DNA from: an uncultured Salinivenus sp. | Lineage (GTDB): Bacteria; Bacteroidota; Rhodothermia; Rhodothermales; Salinibacteraceae | DNA length: 58,970 nt | Direction: 5' to 3' | Assembly: GCA_964462965.1 (NCBI GenBank) | Contig: CAYXAD010000001.1 | Coordinates: forward strand, 1 to 58,970 | Shown here: positions 29,248 to 39,317 of the stretch, one piece after another | Position numbering within the stretch: position 1 is the first letter of the stretch | How the letters are laid out: each line of letters opens with the position of its first letter | The notes under the pieces: generated by a model | What the model saw: only the letters and a program-made list of their open reading frames with translations | Database searches by the model: none | Told to the model about the DNA's origin: nothing | Program-made: the position numbers and the translations under genes

Positions 29248-30177
29248 TCAATACTGGACCCGAATGGCATTGGGGACAATTTCGGCCGTGGTGGGAAGAA
29301 TCCCTCGCAACTCACCGTCGGCATCCAGAGGGATCGGTTCCGATTGGCAGGGGGTGACGGTAAGCCGACGGCCTCGATACGTGCTCACTCCTTTTTTCTC
29401 AGTATGCGTTCCCCAATATAGACTTGGCACGCGTCTGAGGAGGGAGAGGATCGACACGTCGTGGACCACCGTCACGTCGAGCTGCCCGTCGGTAGGAACC
29501 GCAGAAGGGGCGATGCGAATGCCGGCCCCGAAGGTGTGGCCGTTGGCGATGGCTGCCAGATGCAGCTTCATCTCGCCGAGAGGCTGGCCGTCAAGTGTAA
29601 GCTGGACGGAGACCGGGTGGTGGGACGTCAGGGCAATCAGGGCACTGGTGAGGTACCGGAGGACCGGAGGGAGGGGAAGAGAACGACTCTGTGAAACGTT
29701 TTCCGCCACGGTACTGCTTAGGCCGAAAGCGGCGATATTGATCACGTAGCAATGATCCCTCTCTCCGGAAGGGGTTTGATATTCAAGACGGATGAGGTCA
29801 AAGGGGCGGATCCGTGAACTGTAGAGCTGTTGAACCCCTTCTAGTTCGATGGGGGCGTTGAGCGTCCGTCGGAAGTCCGTGCCCGACCCGCAGGCAATGT
29901 GTGCCAAGACCGCCGAGGGAGCGATCGGACGATCGTCTTCAAAAAAGCCATTGACGACCTCGTGGAGCGTTCCATCCCCTCCGAGGGCCACAATACGGTC
30001 GTATCCTTCGTGAAGCGCTTCTTGCGTGAGAGGAGTGGCGGAGCGCGGACCGGTCGTCCACCGCACTGTCAGAGAGGAGCTGGCCGTTTCCAGGCGCGGC
30101 TGTAGGCGAGGCCAGAGGTCTTGGACGCACCCATTCCCCGACACGGGATTTGCAATGACGCAGGTCTCAAACGACAT
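29248..30177 (-). CDS. Diacylglycerol/lipid kinase family (YegS/DgkB-like)
   Basis: IANPVSG, GGDGTLHEVVNG, GSGTDF, NG..FGAG..IAP.A...DG, DGE. Confidence 0.92.
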   Translation of the reverse strand: MSFETCVIANPVSGNGCVQDLWPRLQPRLETASSSLTVRWTTGPRSATPLTQEALHEGYDRIVALGGDGTLHEVVNGFFEDDRPIAPSAVLAHIACGSGTDFRRTLNAPIELEGVQQLYSSRIRPFDLIRLEYQTPSGERDHCYVINIAAFGLSSTVAENVSQSRSLPLPPVLRYLTSALIALTSHHPVSVQLTLDGQPLGEMKLHLAAIANGHTFGAGIRIAPSAVPTDGQLDVTVVHDVSILSLLRRVPSLYWGTHTEKKGVSTYRGRRLTVTPCQSEPIPLDADGELRGILPTTAEIVPNAIRVQY

Positions 30178-30211
30178 AGGAGGGGAGACAGAATTTTGGC
30201 TCAGAAACAAT

Positions 30212-30252
30212 AAAAAACCCCGCCCGGCAGGTTTGATTCCTGCCGGACGGGG
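30212..30252 (-). terminator. Rho-independent terminator of the VPS10/BNR gene
   Basis: CCCCG.CCGGCAGG / CCTGCCGG.CGGGG stem with an A6 tract on the left (U-tail on the minus strand). Confidence 0.85.
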
Positions 30253-30276
30253 AAAAGGAGAGGAATGCAGAAGATG

Positions 30277-33200
30277 TTACTCATCGGCAGCCGGGATGAA
30301 GACCGGCTGGGAGTCGAGGTCTTGAATTTGATCGTTGAACCGAGCCACGTCGGTGTCAAAGACCCTCTGCAGCCGGTCCCGGAGTGAGGCCCACTGCTCG
30401 TTCAAGTCCTCCAGGCGGGCGCGGGCGCCCTCTGTGGGAGGCCCATCGGGGCCCGAGACGTAGCCGTAGAGGTATGCGTACTGATTGTCGAGCATGGGCG
30501 GGTAGTTGAGAGGATCCTGGAAGCTTTCGTTCTTCGTCTGCATCAGTTCCTCTTCAATTGAGGTCAGCTCCTCGGAGATCGAATCTGCCTGGCTGGTAAG
30601 ATCCTCATGTCCGGCCTTCGAGGCGTGGTCGGCGACGGACTGGACCTGCTCTCGAACGGAGCGGAGCGTCCGGATGGCATCATAGATTGCATTGGTCGTG
30701 TCCCGCACCTCCGTGGCGAGGGCGTACTGAGTTTGAAGGTCCTCAGTCGTCACGTTCTCCGCACGGGGATCCATGCGGACCTCCAGGGACTCCGTGAGGG
30801 TGGGGCCCTCGGCGACGTCGAGGCGTACGTCGTAGGTGCCGGGGACCACCTTCGGACCGGCCGTAAAGCCCCACAAGACAGCGTCGTCGACGGTGTCGAT
30901 GCCCTCCCCGCGCAGATTCCAAGAAACCCGGTTGTGCCCTTCGTCGACAGGAAGCAGGCGGTCTTCTTGCTCCTGGGCTGCGGAGGAGTCACTCGTGAAG
31001 CGGCGGACGACCGAGCCATTCTCGTCGAGGATCTCGAGGGTCACCGTGGTGTCCGGGACTTCCCCAAAGGTGTAGTTGATGAGGGCGGGGGCCGTCGGTC
31101 CTTCCGGTTCCCGGTCCTCGGGATCCCCTCCCGAAGAGGGGTTGACCCGGTACGCCTCGCGGGGTGAAAAGAGATGGGCGTCGGCCTCGGCCACCTGATC
31201 GGTCAGTTGATGAAGGGGCGTAAGGTCGTCCATGATCCAGAAGGAGCGTCCCTTCGTGGCAATCACCAGGTCCTTCCGGTGCACCTTCAGATCCGTGATG
31301 GGAGTCGTCGGCACATTCTGCTGCAGCGTCTGCCAGGTGTCACCATCGTTGAAGGACACGTAGAGGCCGAACTCGGTCCCGGCATAGAGCAGGCCCTCCC
31401 GATCGGGATCTTCACGGACCACTCGGACGGGAGAATCCTCCGGGATGCCGTTGGTCCCGTCCGTCAGACGTGTCCACGAGTCGCCGTAGTCCGTCGTTCG
31501 GTAGACGTAGGGCTCCCAATCATCCTGTCGATACCGGAAGACGGAAAGATAGGCTTTGCCGGGCGTGTGCGGGGACACCTCGATGCGATTGACGGTGCCA
31601 TTGTCCGGCATGTCCGAAGGGGTAATCTCGGTCCAGGCGCCTCCTTCATCCTGAGTAATCCACACGCGGCCGTCGTCTGTACCGGCCCAAAGGGTTTCCT
31701 GAGCGTGCGGGGAGATCTCGAGCGAGTAGACCGTATTGTATACCTCTACTCCGGTGTTGTCGCGGGTAATCGGCTCCCCTGCGTAGTCTTGATGCTCCGG
31801 GGTGTCGGTGGTCAGGTCGTCGCTGATCCGGTCCCAGCTCATCCCGCGATCGGTGGACTTCCAGATCCGATGAGAGGCGTGATACACCACGTCGGGGTTG
31901 TGGGGAGAGACCTCGATCGGAGAGTTCCACTGGAAGCGTTCCTCGAGCTCAGACGGTTTTTGTCCGAGTTGAAGCTGTGGGTAAACGAGAACGTTGCGCG
32001 ACTGTCCCGTTTTCTCGTTCAGCCGGGTCACGTGCCCCCCGTAGCACCCACTGTATATGAGGTGAGGACGATCTGGGTGGAGCGCCACAGGACCCGTTTC
32101 GCACCCCCCAACAGAAGCCCAGTTTGACTTCGGGTGTACGCTTCCTTCGGTCCAGGCCGGTACACGAATGGTCGAATTGTCCTGCTGCGGTCCATAGACC
32201 CGATAGGGAAACTCCTCGTCGACGGTAATGCTGTAGATTTCCGCCGTCGGCTGATTGTACATGGTGGACCAGCTCTCCGCTCCATCGATCGAGACCTGGG
32301 CGCCACCGTCATTGCCCACGACCATCCGGTCGGGATCATTGGGGTTGATCCAGAGGGCATGGACGTCACCGTGAGGCACGTCGTAACTTTCAAAAGTTTT
32401 CCCCCCGTCCACCGACTTCATGAAGGGGACATTGAGGGAGTAAACGGTATTTTCGTCTTGGGGGTCGGCGTAAATGTGGGTGTAGTACCACGCCCGCTGC
32501 TGGTGGATGCGGTTGTCGTTGACGTGGGTCCAGCTCTGGCCCGCGTCGTCAGAGCGGTACAGGCCGCCGTTGGGTTCAGGGGCTTCGATGAGGGCCCACA
32601 CCCGATCCGGCTTGGCGGGAGACACAGTGACGGCCGTCTTGCCCACGACCCCATCCGGCAGCCCCCCGCCGAGCTCGGTCCAGTTGTCGCCGCCGTCCGT
32701 GGTTTTGTAGATGCCGCCCTCTTTCGAACCACTGATCATGGTCCAGGGCTTCCGCTCGGCGGTCCAGAGGCCTGCGTAAATCTCACGCGGGTTGTCCGGA
32801 TTCATGGCGAGATCGACCACACCGGTGTTCTCGGAGATGTAAAGGACCTTTTCCCAGGTGTCGCCCCCGTCGGTGGTGCGATAGACGCCGCGCTCTTCGT
32901 TCGGCCCAAAAATGTGGCCCAGGGCCGCGACGTAAGCCACATCCGGGTTGTCTGGATGGACAGAAACGCGTCCAATCTGCCCCACATTTTCGAGCCCGAC
33001 GAGCGACCACGTCTTTCCGCCGTCGGTGGACTTGTAGACCCCGCGCCCCGTCGAGATATTTCCGCGGGGGCAGGCCGAGCCCGTCCCGACGTAAATGACG
33101 TTGGGGTCGGACTTCGCGACGTCGATGTCGCCGATCGATCCCACATCGAAGGCGCCGTCGGAGATGTTGCGCCAGTCTCCGCCGTCGTTGGTCGTTTTCC

Positions 33201-33450
33201 AGACGCCGCCGCCGGTGTTGCCCATGTAAAACGTGTGGGGCTTCCCCGGGACGCCGGCAACGGCCGTGACACGTCCCCCTCGATACGGTCCAATCATGCG
33301 GGCCTCGAGGTCCTCATAGAGGGAGGGGGCATATGCCTGATTGGCGTCGGTTTGAGCCTGGGCCGGGGTCGGACTCCAAGCAGCACCGAGGAGGGCTAGC
33401 CCGAGACAGGTGAGAAAATAGAGGAGAGGGGAGTTGTAACGGTTTCTCAT
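30277..33450 (-). CDS. Secreted VPS10/BNR (Asp-box) beta-propeller 'glycosyl hydrolase'
   Basis: Signal peptide; about 11 Asp-boxes (KSTDGGKTW, RTTDGGDTW, RSDDAGQSW and others); RMIGPYRGGR; C-terminal Ig-like domain plus coiled coil. Confidence 0.88.
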   Translation of the reverse strand: MRNRYNSPLLYFLTCLGLALLGAAWSPTPAQAQTDANQAYAPSLYEDLEARMIGPYRGGRVTAVAGVPGKPHTFYMGNTGGGVWKTTNDGGDWRNISDGAFDVGSIGDIDVAKSDPNVIYVGTGSACPRGNISTGRGVYKSTDGGKTWSLVGLENVGQIGRVSVHPDNPDVAYVAALGHIFGPNEERGVYRTTDGGDTWEKVLYISENTGVVDLAMNPDNPREIYAGLWTAERKPWTMISGSKEGGIYKTTDGGDNWTELGGGLPDGVVGKTAVTVSPAKPDRVWALIEAPEPNGGLYRSDDAGQSWTHVNDNRIHQQRAWYYTHIYADPQDENTVYSLNVPFMKSVDGGKTFESYDVPHGDVHALWINPNDPDRMVVGNDGGAQVSIDGAESWSTMYNQPTAEIYSITVDEEFPYRVYGPQQDNSTIRVPAWTEGSVHPKSNWASVGGCETGPVALHPDRPHLIYSGCYGGHVTRLNEKTGQSRNVLVYPQLQLGQKPSELEERFQWNSPIEVSPHNPDVVYHASHRIWKSTDRGMSWDRISDDLTTDTPEHQDYAGEPITRDNTGVEVYNTVYSLEISPHAQETLWAGTDDGRVWITQDEGGAWTEITPSDMPDNGTVNRIEVSPHTPGKAYLSVFRYRQDDWEPYVYRTTDYGDSWTRLTDGTNGIPEDSPVRVVREDPDREGLLYAGTEFGLYVSFNDGDTWQTLQQNVPTTPITDLKVHRKDLVIATKGRSFWIMDDLTPLHQLTDQVAEADAHLFSPREAYRVNPSSGGDPEDREPEGPTAPALINYTFGEVPDTTVTLEILDENGSVVRRFTSDSSAAQEQEDRLLPVDEGHNRVSWNLRGEGIDTVDDAVLWGFTAGPKVVPGTYDVRLDVAEGPTLTESLEVRMDPRAENVTTEDLQTQYALATEVRDTTNAIYDAIRTLRSVREQVQSVADHASKAGHEDLTSQADSISEELTSIEEELMQTKNESFQDPLNYPPMLDNQYAYLYGYVSGPDGPPTEGARARLEDLNEQWASLRDRLQRVFDTDVARFNDQIQDLDSQPVFIPAADE

Positions 33451-33778
33451 CGTGGAGGGACGGCTGTGGGAGGAACGCTAACAGACACGCATCGTCGAGG
33501 CGCATCACTCTCTAATAAATCAGGGGGAGAAAAGAATTGCCAAACGCGGCTACGTACCCCTGGTAGAGGTTCCTCCTCGGCGCCAACTGCGACGAAGAGT
33601 TGGGGGAGATTGCTTTCCGGAGGTGAAAGGGTTCAGATCAGGGCACTCGACGCTCCAGCTTCACCGTTGCTCGCCTATCGCCGGCAGTCGTAGACGTCCC
33701 GAGAATTGCCGACAGAGTAAAAGAGAGGGCCCTGGAGAGATCGCTTCATGTAGAAGAATCGTCTGAAGGATCCCCCGT

Positions 33779-34219
33779 TTAGCGATCCTCTGCCAGCCGG
33801 GCGTACTCCCGCTCAAGCTGGTCAATCAACTGGGGGTTGTGTTCGGCCAGTCGCTCAAGGAGGGTGACGAGGACGTCTCGACTGGAGCCCTCGACGAGAT
33901 CCCGCACCGCAGCGGCCTCAGATTGGGCAATTTCGTCGTCTTCCAGGGTTTTCAACAGCACGGCCACAATGTGCTTGCACCACGAGCCGTCGTAGTAGGG
34001 ACAGGAGCACTCGACGGCCGTAATGGTGTCGTCGGCAAATTCAATCGTGACGAGATACGGATGAACGTCGTGCCCACGAACCTGAGCCTTCAGCGTGCAG
34101 TCATCAAACTGAGTCAGGGAGTGCACAGCCCCATCGGCGAGGTATTGCTCGCCTCGCTCGAACGATCCGTCGGCCGTATGTTCTCGGATTTGTGACTTCG
34201 TCAGTTCAGGGAGGGCCAT
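33779..34219 (-). CDS. SWIM zinc-finger protein
   Basis: FERGEQY...GAV, V.G....PY.V, CSCPY....WCKHIVAVLL. Confidence 0.9.
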   Translation of the reverse strand: MALPELTKSQIREHTADGSFERGEQYLADGAVHSLTQFDDCTLKAQVRGHDVHPYLVTIEFADDTITAVECSCPYYDGSWCKHIVAVLLKTLEDDEIAQSEAAAVRDLVEGSSRDVLVTLLERLAEHNPQLIDQLEREYARLAEDR

Positions 34220-34361
34220 GGCAGAAAAGGGATGCCTGAGAGGACGAGAAGGGTCGGTCGGGAAAAGAATCGATCCCAGTCCAGAGATTATAGAGCGAAA
34301 TGCAGCTTTTCTCTATGAGCCCTGGTGGGCCTCGATCACTATCGGTACTCCCTACGGAATG

Positions 34362-35084
34362 CTATAGGGCTGGTTTTTCCTTCTGGGTGTTGGCGACGTG
34401 CTCGAGGAAGTTATCAAAGATCTGTTTTGCTTCCTCAGCAGCCTCCACGTTCTCGTCTGTACAGGTGTCGAGGGCGGACTGAATCTGGTGCTCCGGCAGG
34501 TCCTTGGAGTGAATCATGGCTTTCGCCGTTTGTAGGTCGTACTCCGGATGGAACTGAACGGCGTACACCTGCTCGTGCCGAAAGGCTTGCAGCCCCGTCT
34601 CGTTGGAGGCCAGGACGGTGGCGTCGGGAGGGGTCTCGACGACGTGATCGGAGTGGGTGGCAAACACGGTGAAGGGGGACGAGATGCCGTCCCAAATTGG
34701 GTCTTCCCCCTCTTGTTTCACGTCCACGTAGCCGAGCTCATAGGGGCCGCCTTTGACCGTTCCCCCCAGAATCTGGGCCAGCAACTGATGGCCCCAGCAC
34801 ACGCCGAGAATCGGGAGGCCATCCGCAATTGCTCCCTGGACCCACGCACTCAGGTCTTCAATCCAGGGGCGGTTCTTGTCGTAGACGGAGGACTGCGACC
34901 CGCTGATAATGATTCCGTCGAAGGTGGGAATCCCATTGCGGGCAGCCGGGTCGGACTCGCCAATCGGGGGAGGGATTTCTCCCTGGTTGACCTCAAACGT
35001 CGTGAGGGAGGCGTCGACGACGCGTTGGAAATTACGCTTGGCGTGAGGGGTTCCGAGAGAGGCGTCGAGAAGGGCAAGGTGCAT
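34362..35084 (-). CDS. Class I glutamine amidotransferase (GMP-synthase-like, stand-alone)
   Basis: FDGIIISGS..SVY, LGVCWGHQL, H.D.V, VQFHPE. Confidence 0.9.
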   Translation of the reverse strand: MHLALLDASLGTPHAKRNFQRVVDASLTTFEVNQGEIPPPIGESDPAARNGIPTFDGIIISGSQSSVYDKNRPWIEDLSAWVQGAIADGLPILGVCWGHQLLAQILGGTVKGGPYELGYVDVKQEGEDPIWDGISSPFTVFATHSDHVVETPPDATVLASNETGLQAFRHEQVYAVQFHPEYDLQTAKAMIHSKDLPEHQIQSALDTCTDENVEAAEEAKQIFDNFLEHVANTQKEKPAL

Positions 35085-35445
35085 GGGTCTGCCAGCTTGG
35101 TTCAGTAAACCACCACAAACATCACTGCCGGGAGTCGCTCACGTTCCAGTCGGGAACCTCCTACTCGGGCCATGGATCAGCCGGAGCGACCGTTCTGGGG
35201 CCTTCAGCTTTTAATTCGGGGGACGTAGAAGCCAACAATAGCCCTCGAGGTTCTTCGACGAAGCGAGTGGGTTACGAAAGCGTCAATCTAAGAATTGACT
35301 TTGGCTCGTGCACCTCGGGGCGAGCCTCGTCTTTCAGCAGGGGGCGGCCGTCTACCACCCGGGTCCCGATTGTGCAGCCTTCGAATGAGGCAGCTCGGGG
35401 CGCTCCGGAAGAGTCGAGGATCGGGCCGTCGCTCGACGGGGATAG

Positions 35446-38400
35446 TCAGTTCCCCTTCAGCGCGATATTGTCGGCGCCAAAAATGCGCTGTGCTCCCCGC
35501 ATAAACTCGGCCGTCGGCTCAATGACGTAAGAACGACTCCGAAGGCGCTCCTGGCCGCGAAGCTCCGGGGCGTCGACGTCGAAGTACAGCTTGCAGGTGC
35601 CGCTGCTTTTCTCACAGAGGGCTTTGAATTCGCGGAGCTCCTCGGGCATGATTTCGTCGAGGTCGACGTTTAGCACGACCTCTTCAACCATCTGCTCTCG
35701 CACCTTCCACATCGGAATCACGTCTTTCACGAGCACTTTGACCGTCCCGCCTCGCACTTCCACGTTGCCCTTTGCGAGGACGACGTTGTCGACCTTCAGA
35801 TAGGGCTGAATCCGGTCGAGTACATTCGAGAAGCAGACCATCTCCCCCTGGCCCGTGAAGTCCTCAATGGTGGCGAAGGCGATGGGCTTGCCGGATCGGG
35901 TCGTGTTTCGGTTGACCTCAGTGATAATTCCACAGAAGGTCCGCACGGGCCCTCGGCTTTGCCCGTCGCCCCCAACCCGATCGATCAGCTCCTCCAGCTG
36001 ATCGGCGTGACCGAAGTGGGCGCTTGCAAACGCCTCGGCCTCTGCACGGTACTCGTCCAGAGGATGTCCGGAGACGTAGAAGCCCAGCACTTCGTGCTCG
36101 GCCTTCAGGCGTTTTGATTTGGCCCACGTGTCTGTGGAGGGCAGGCCCGGCTCCATGGCCTCATTTCCCGCCTCGCCGTTGCCGAACAACGAGTTCTGCC
36201 CGGCGGCGCGATCCGCCTGCACCTTCTGCCCGTACCGAACCGCAGTGTCCATCACCTCCATGAGCTGCGCGCGATGACCCTCCAGGTCATCGAGGGCGCC
36301 CGCCTGTGCGAGCGCCTCCAACGTTCGCTTGTTGACGGTGCTCAGGTCGACGTTCTTCGTGAGGTCGAAGATGTTTTCGAAGGGGCCATGTTCGTCTCGC
36401 GCCTCGATGAGCGCATCGATGGCCTTTTCTCCGGCATTCTTGATGGCAGCGAGGCCAAATCGGATCTTGCCGTCCTCGACCGTGAAGTTGGCCTTACTAT
36501 GGTTGATGGAGGGGGGCAAGACCTCGATGCCCATGCTCCGGGCCTCTTCGAGCACCACCGAAAGCTTGTCGGTGTTGCTCATCTCCGTCGTCATGGCCGC
36601 CGCCATGAACTCGGGCGGATAGTGGGCCTTCAGGTAGGCGGTCTGATACGCGACCAGGGAGTAGGCAGCGCTATGGCTCTTGTTGAAGCCGTAGCCCGCA
36701 AACTCATTGATGATGTCGAACAACTCATTCGCCTCGTCCTCGGGAATGTCATTTACTTCCTTGCAGCCCTGGACAAACTTTTTTCGCTGCTTGCGCATGA
36801 GCTTCTCCTTCTTCTTGCCCATGGCGCGGCGCAGAATGTCCGCCTCGCCGAGGGAGAAGCCGGCCAACGTCCGGGCCATCTCCATCACCTGTTCCTGGAA
36901 CACCGCGATGCCGTACGTCGGCTCCAGGATGTCCTCCAGCATCGGGTGCGGATACTCGACCTCCTCGCGGCCGTGCTTCCGGGCGATATAGGTCGGGATG
37001 TTTTCCATGGGCCCCGGCCGATAGAGGGCGTTCATGGCGATGAGGTCGTCGAGCTCCGTCGGCTTCAGCTTCCGGAGCCACTCGCGCATCCCCGTCGACT
37101 CAAACTGGAAAATCGAGACGGTGTCGCCCCGTTGGAAGAGCTCGAAGGTTTCCTCGTCGTCGAGCGGAATGTCGTCGATGTGGATCTCTTCCCCGCGGGT
37201 CTCCGCGATCAAGTCGACGGCGTCTTCGATGAGGGTGAGCGTCTTCAGGCCCAGGAAGTCCATCTTGAGAAGCCCGAACTCCTCCACCCAGTCGCCGTCG
37301 TACTGGGTCGTGACGACCTTCTCGCCCTTGCTCTTGGACACCGAGACGGGGACGTAGTCACTCACCTTTCCGGGGGCAATGATGACGCCGGCGGCGTGCA
37401 CGCCCGTGTGGCGAACCGACCCCTCCAGCACCTCGGCGTACTGCATCATCTTCTCGACCTCCGGATCGTCCGCGTCCTTGAGGGCCCGGAAGTCCGGGTT
37501 TTCCTCGAAGGCCTGCTCCAGGTCGACGCCCGGCCCCTCGGGGATCATCTTGGCAATCTCGTCGGCCCGGTTCAGGGGAATGTCCATCACGCGCGACACG
37601 TCGCGGACGACCGTCTTGGCCCCCATCGTCCCGAAGGTGATGATCTGGCAGACGTTTTCTCGGCCGTACTTCTCGACGACGTAGTCGATGACCTCTGAAC
37701 GGCCCCGGTCGTCGAAGTCGATGTCGATGTCGGGCATCGACACCCGCTCCGGGTTTAAGAATCGCTCGAAGAGGAGGTTATACTCGAGCGGGTCGACGTT
37801 GGTGATGCCGAGACAGTACGACACGCAGCTGCCGGCGGCCGAGCCCCGACCGGGCCCGACGCGCACGTCTAGCTCCCGAGCCGCCTCCGTAAAGTCCTGG
37901 ACGATCAGGAAGTAGCCCGAGTACCCCATGTCGGCAATAATGCCCAGCTCGTGGTTCAGGCGGTCTACCACCTGCTGGGGAAGGGGCTCCCCATATCGCT
38001 CTTTCGCCCGCTGAAAGGTCAGGTGGCGGAGGTACTCGTCCATTCCCTCGAACTCGTCGGGAATGGGGTAGTGGGGCATCAAGAGATCCCCCATCGGCAG
38101 ATCGAACTTGCACTTGTCCGCCACCTTGTTCGGCGTCACGAGGGCTTCTCGCTGGAACTCCTTCGGGAGGCCGGTGAGGGCTTCGGCCATGCCCTCGGGG
38201 TCCTTCAGATAAAACTCGTCATTCGTAAACCGCATTCGATCCGGGTCCTTCAGGTCCTTGCCCGTCTGCAGGCAGAGCAGGATGTCCTGGGCGGCGTGAT
38301 CGGACTGGTCGACGTAGTGGACGTCGTTGGTGGCCAGGACCTCCACGTCGTATTTCTTCGCCCACTTCAGAAGGACCTCGTTGACCGTGTGCTGGTCGTC

Positions 38401-38928
38401 GATGTCGTGGTCCTGCAGTTCGATGTAGTAGTCGTCGCCGAAGATGTCGAGATAGGTTTCGAACAGCTCCCGGGCCCGTTCTTCTCCCTCGTTCAGGATC
38501 GTCTGAGGAACCTGACCCTGCAGGCAGCAGGTGGTGGCGACGAGGCCTTCGTGATACTCGCGGAGAAGATCGAGATCGATCCGCGGCTTGTAGTAGAAGC
38601 CCTCCGTAAAGGAGGTGGAGGAAAGCTTCATCAGGTTCTCGTACCCGGTCTGGTTTTTGGCCAGGAGAACCTGGTGGTAGCGGGTCGGATCGGATTGATC
38701 GTCGATGCCGCTGGGGGTGAGGTAAAACTCACACCCGATGATGGGTTGGACGTCGTGCTTTTGCGCCGTGGTGTAGAACTCGGGGACCCCGTAGAGATTG
38801 CCGTGGTCGGTGATGGCGAGCGCTGAGATGTCGCGCCGCTCGGCCCCCTTAATCAGGTTTTCAATGCTGGCGGCGCCGTCGAGGAGGGAGTACTGTGTGT
38901 GGCAGTGGAGATGGGAAAACTCGGGCAT
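35446..38928 (-). CDS. dnaE: DNA polymerase III alpha subunit
   Basis: HLHCHTQYSLLDG, GPGRGSAAGS, FERFLNPERVSMPDIDIDF, LLKMDFLGL, YGFNKSH. Confidence 0.98.
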   Translation of the reverse strand: MPEFSHLHCHTQYSLLDGAASIENLIKGAERRDISALAITDHGNLYGVPEFYTTAQKHDVQPIIGCEFYLTPSGIDDQSDPTRYHQVLLAKNQTGYENLMKLSSTSFTEGFYYKPRIDLDLLREYHEGLVATTCCLQGQVPQTILNEGEERARELFETYLDIFGDDYYIELQDHDIDDQHTVNEVLLKWAKKYDVEVLATNDVHYVDQSDHAAQDILLCLQTGKDLKDPDRMRFTNDEFYLKDPEGMAEALTGLPKEFQREALVTPNKVADKCKFDLPMGDLLMPHYPIPDEFEGMDEYLRHLTFQRAKERYGEPLPQQVVDRLNHELGIIADMGYSGYFLIVQDFTEAARELDVRVGPGRGSAAGSCVSYCLGITNVDPLEYNLLFERFLNPERVSMPDIDIDFDDRGRSEVIDYVVEKYGRENVCQIITFGTMGAKTVVRDVSRVMDIPLNRADEIAKMIPEGPGVDLEQAFEENPDFRALKDADDPEVEKMMQYAEVLEGSVRHTGVHAAGVIIAPGKVSDYVPVSVSKSKGEKVVTTQYDGDWVEEFGLLKMDFLGLKTLTLIEDAVDLIAETRGEEIHIDDIPLDDEETFELFQRGDTVSIFQFESTGMREWLRKLKPTELDDLIAMNALYRPGPMENIPTYIARKHGREEVEYPHPMLEDILEPTYGIAVFQEQVMEMARTLAGFSLGEADILRRAMGKKKEKLMRKQRKKFVQGCKEVNDIPEDEANELFDIINEFAGYGFNKSHSAAYSLVAYQTAYLKAHYPPEFMAAAMTTEMSNTDKLSVVLEEARSMGIEVLPPSINHSKANFTVEDGKIRFGLAAIKNAGEKAIDALIEARDEHGPFENIFDLTKNVDLSTVNKRTLEALAQAGALDDLEGHRAQLMEVMDTAVRYGQKVQADRAAGQNSLFGNGEAGNEAMEPGLPSTDTWAKSKRLKAEHEVLGFYVSGHPLDEYRAEAEAFASAHFGHADQLEELIDRVGGDGQSRGPVRTFCGIITEVNRNTTRSGKPIAFATIEDFTGQGEMVCFSNVLDRIQPYLKVDNVVLAKGNVEVRGGTVKVLVKDVIPMWKVREQMVEEVVLNVDLDEIMPEELREFKALCEKSSGTCKLYFDVDAPELRGQERLRSRSYVIEPTAEFMRGAQRIFGADNIALKGN

Positions 38929-39070
38929 ACGCGAAGTCCTTTGAGTCGACGGAACCGTGGGACGAAAGGGGAAGGGCAGGGTCAGACAGACATGTAACTA
39001 AACGGCAGTCTGCATGAGAGTCAATGGGCTTTTCTGTTATTGCAAAAAAAGATCGAGAGAGCGTTTCGTA

Positions 39071-39263
39071 GACTCCTGGTGAAACGGACCGCATCGTGTG
39101 CTCCTTTCCGAGAAGGTGTGGCGGGCATAAGGGCCGAAGTTAGGGCGCAGGCATGGAATGACGGTCGACTTTTCAGCTTTGAGGGGCAACGTCAGACTTC
39201 GACTGCGACCATATTGCCCGGTCGCCTCAAGAGAGGCTCTGTACCGAGGAGCATCCAGGAAGG
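39071..39263 (-). ncRNA. Candidate structured RNA / long 5' leader of dnaE
   Basis: Starts about 6 nt below a TTGACT-N17-TACTCT promoter. The 5' end (TCCTGG, TGCTCCT) is complementary to a region ~160-190 nt downstream (AGGAGCA, CCAGGA). Contains internal pseudoknot-compatible stems. Confidence 0.3.
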
Positions 39264-39268
39264 CGTCG

Positions 39269-39317
39269 AGAGTAGAGCGAAGCTATCCGTCAGTCAATAC
39301 CGTTATTGCAAAACGGT
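39269..39317 (-). promoter_or_regulatory. Sigma70-like promoter toward dnaE with an abutting palindrome
   Basis: Minus strand TTGACT (39297-39292)-N17-TACTCT (39274-39269). Near-palindrome ACCGTTATTGCAAAACGGT at 39299-39317. Confidence 0.55.

Noticed and set aside
31360-33210. Recurring CCGTCGGT/CGCC motifs
   Set aside because: These encode protein-level Asp-box repeats; they are not a CRISPR array or a DNA repeat element.
36274-38826. 474- and 291-aa ORFs antisense to dnaE
   Set aside because: Shadow ORFs with no independent coding signal.
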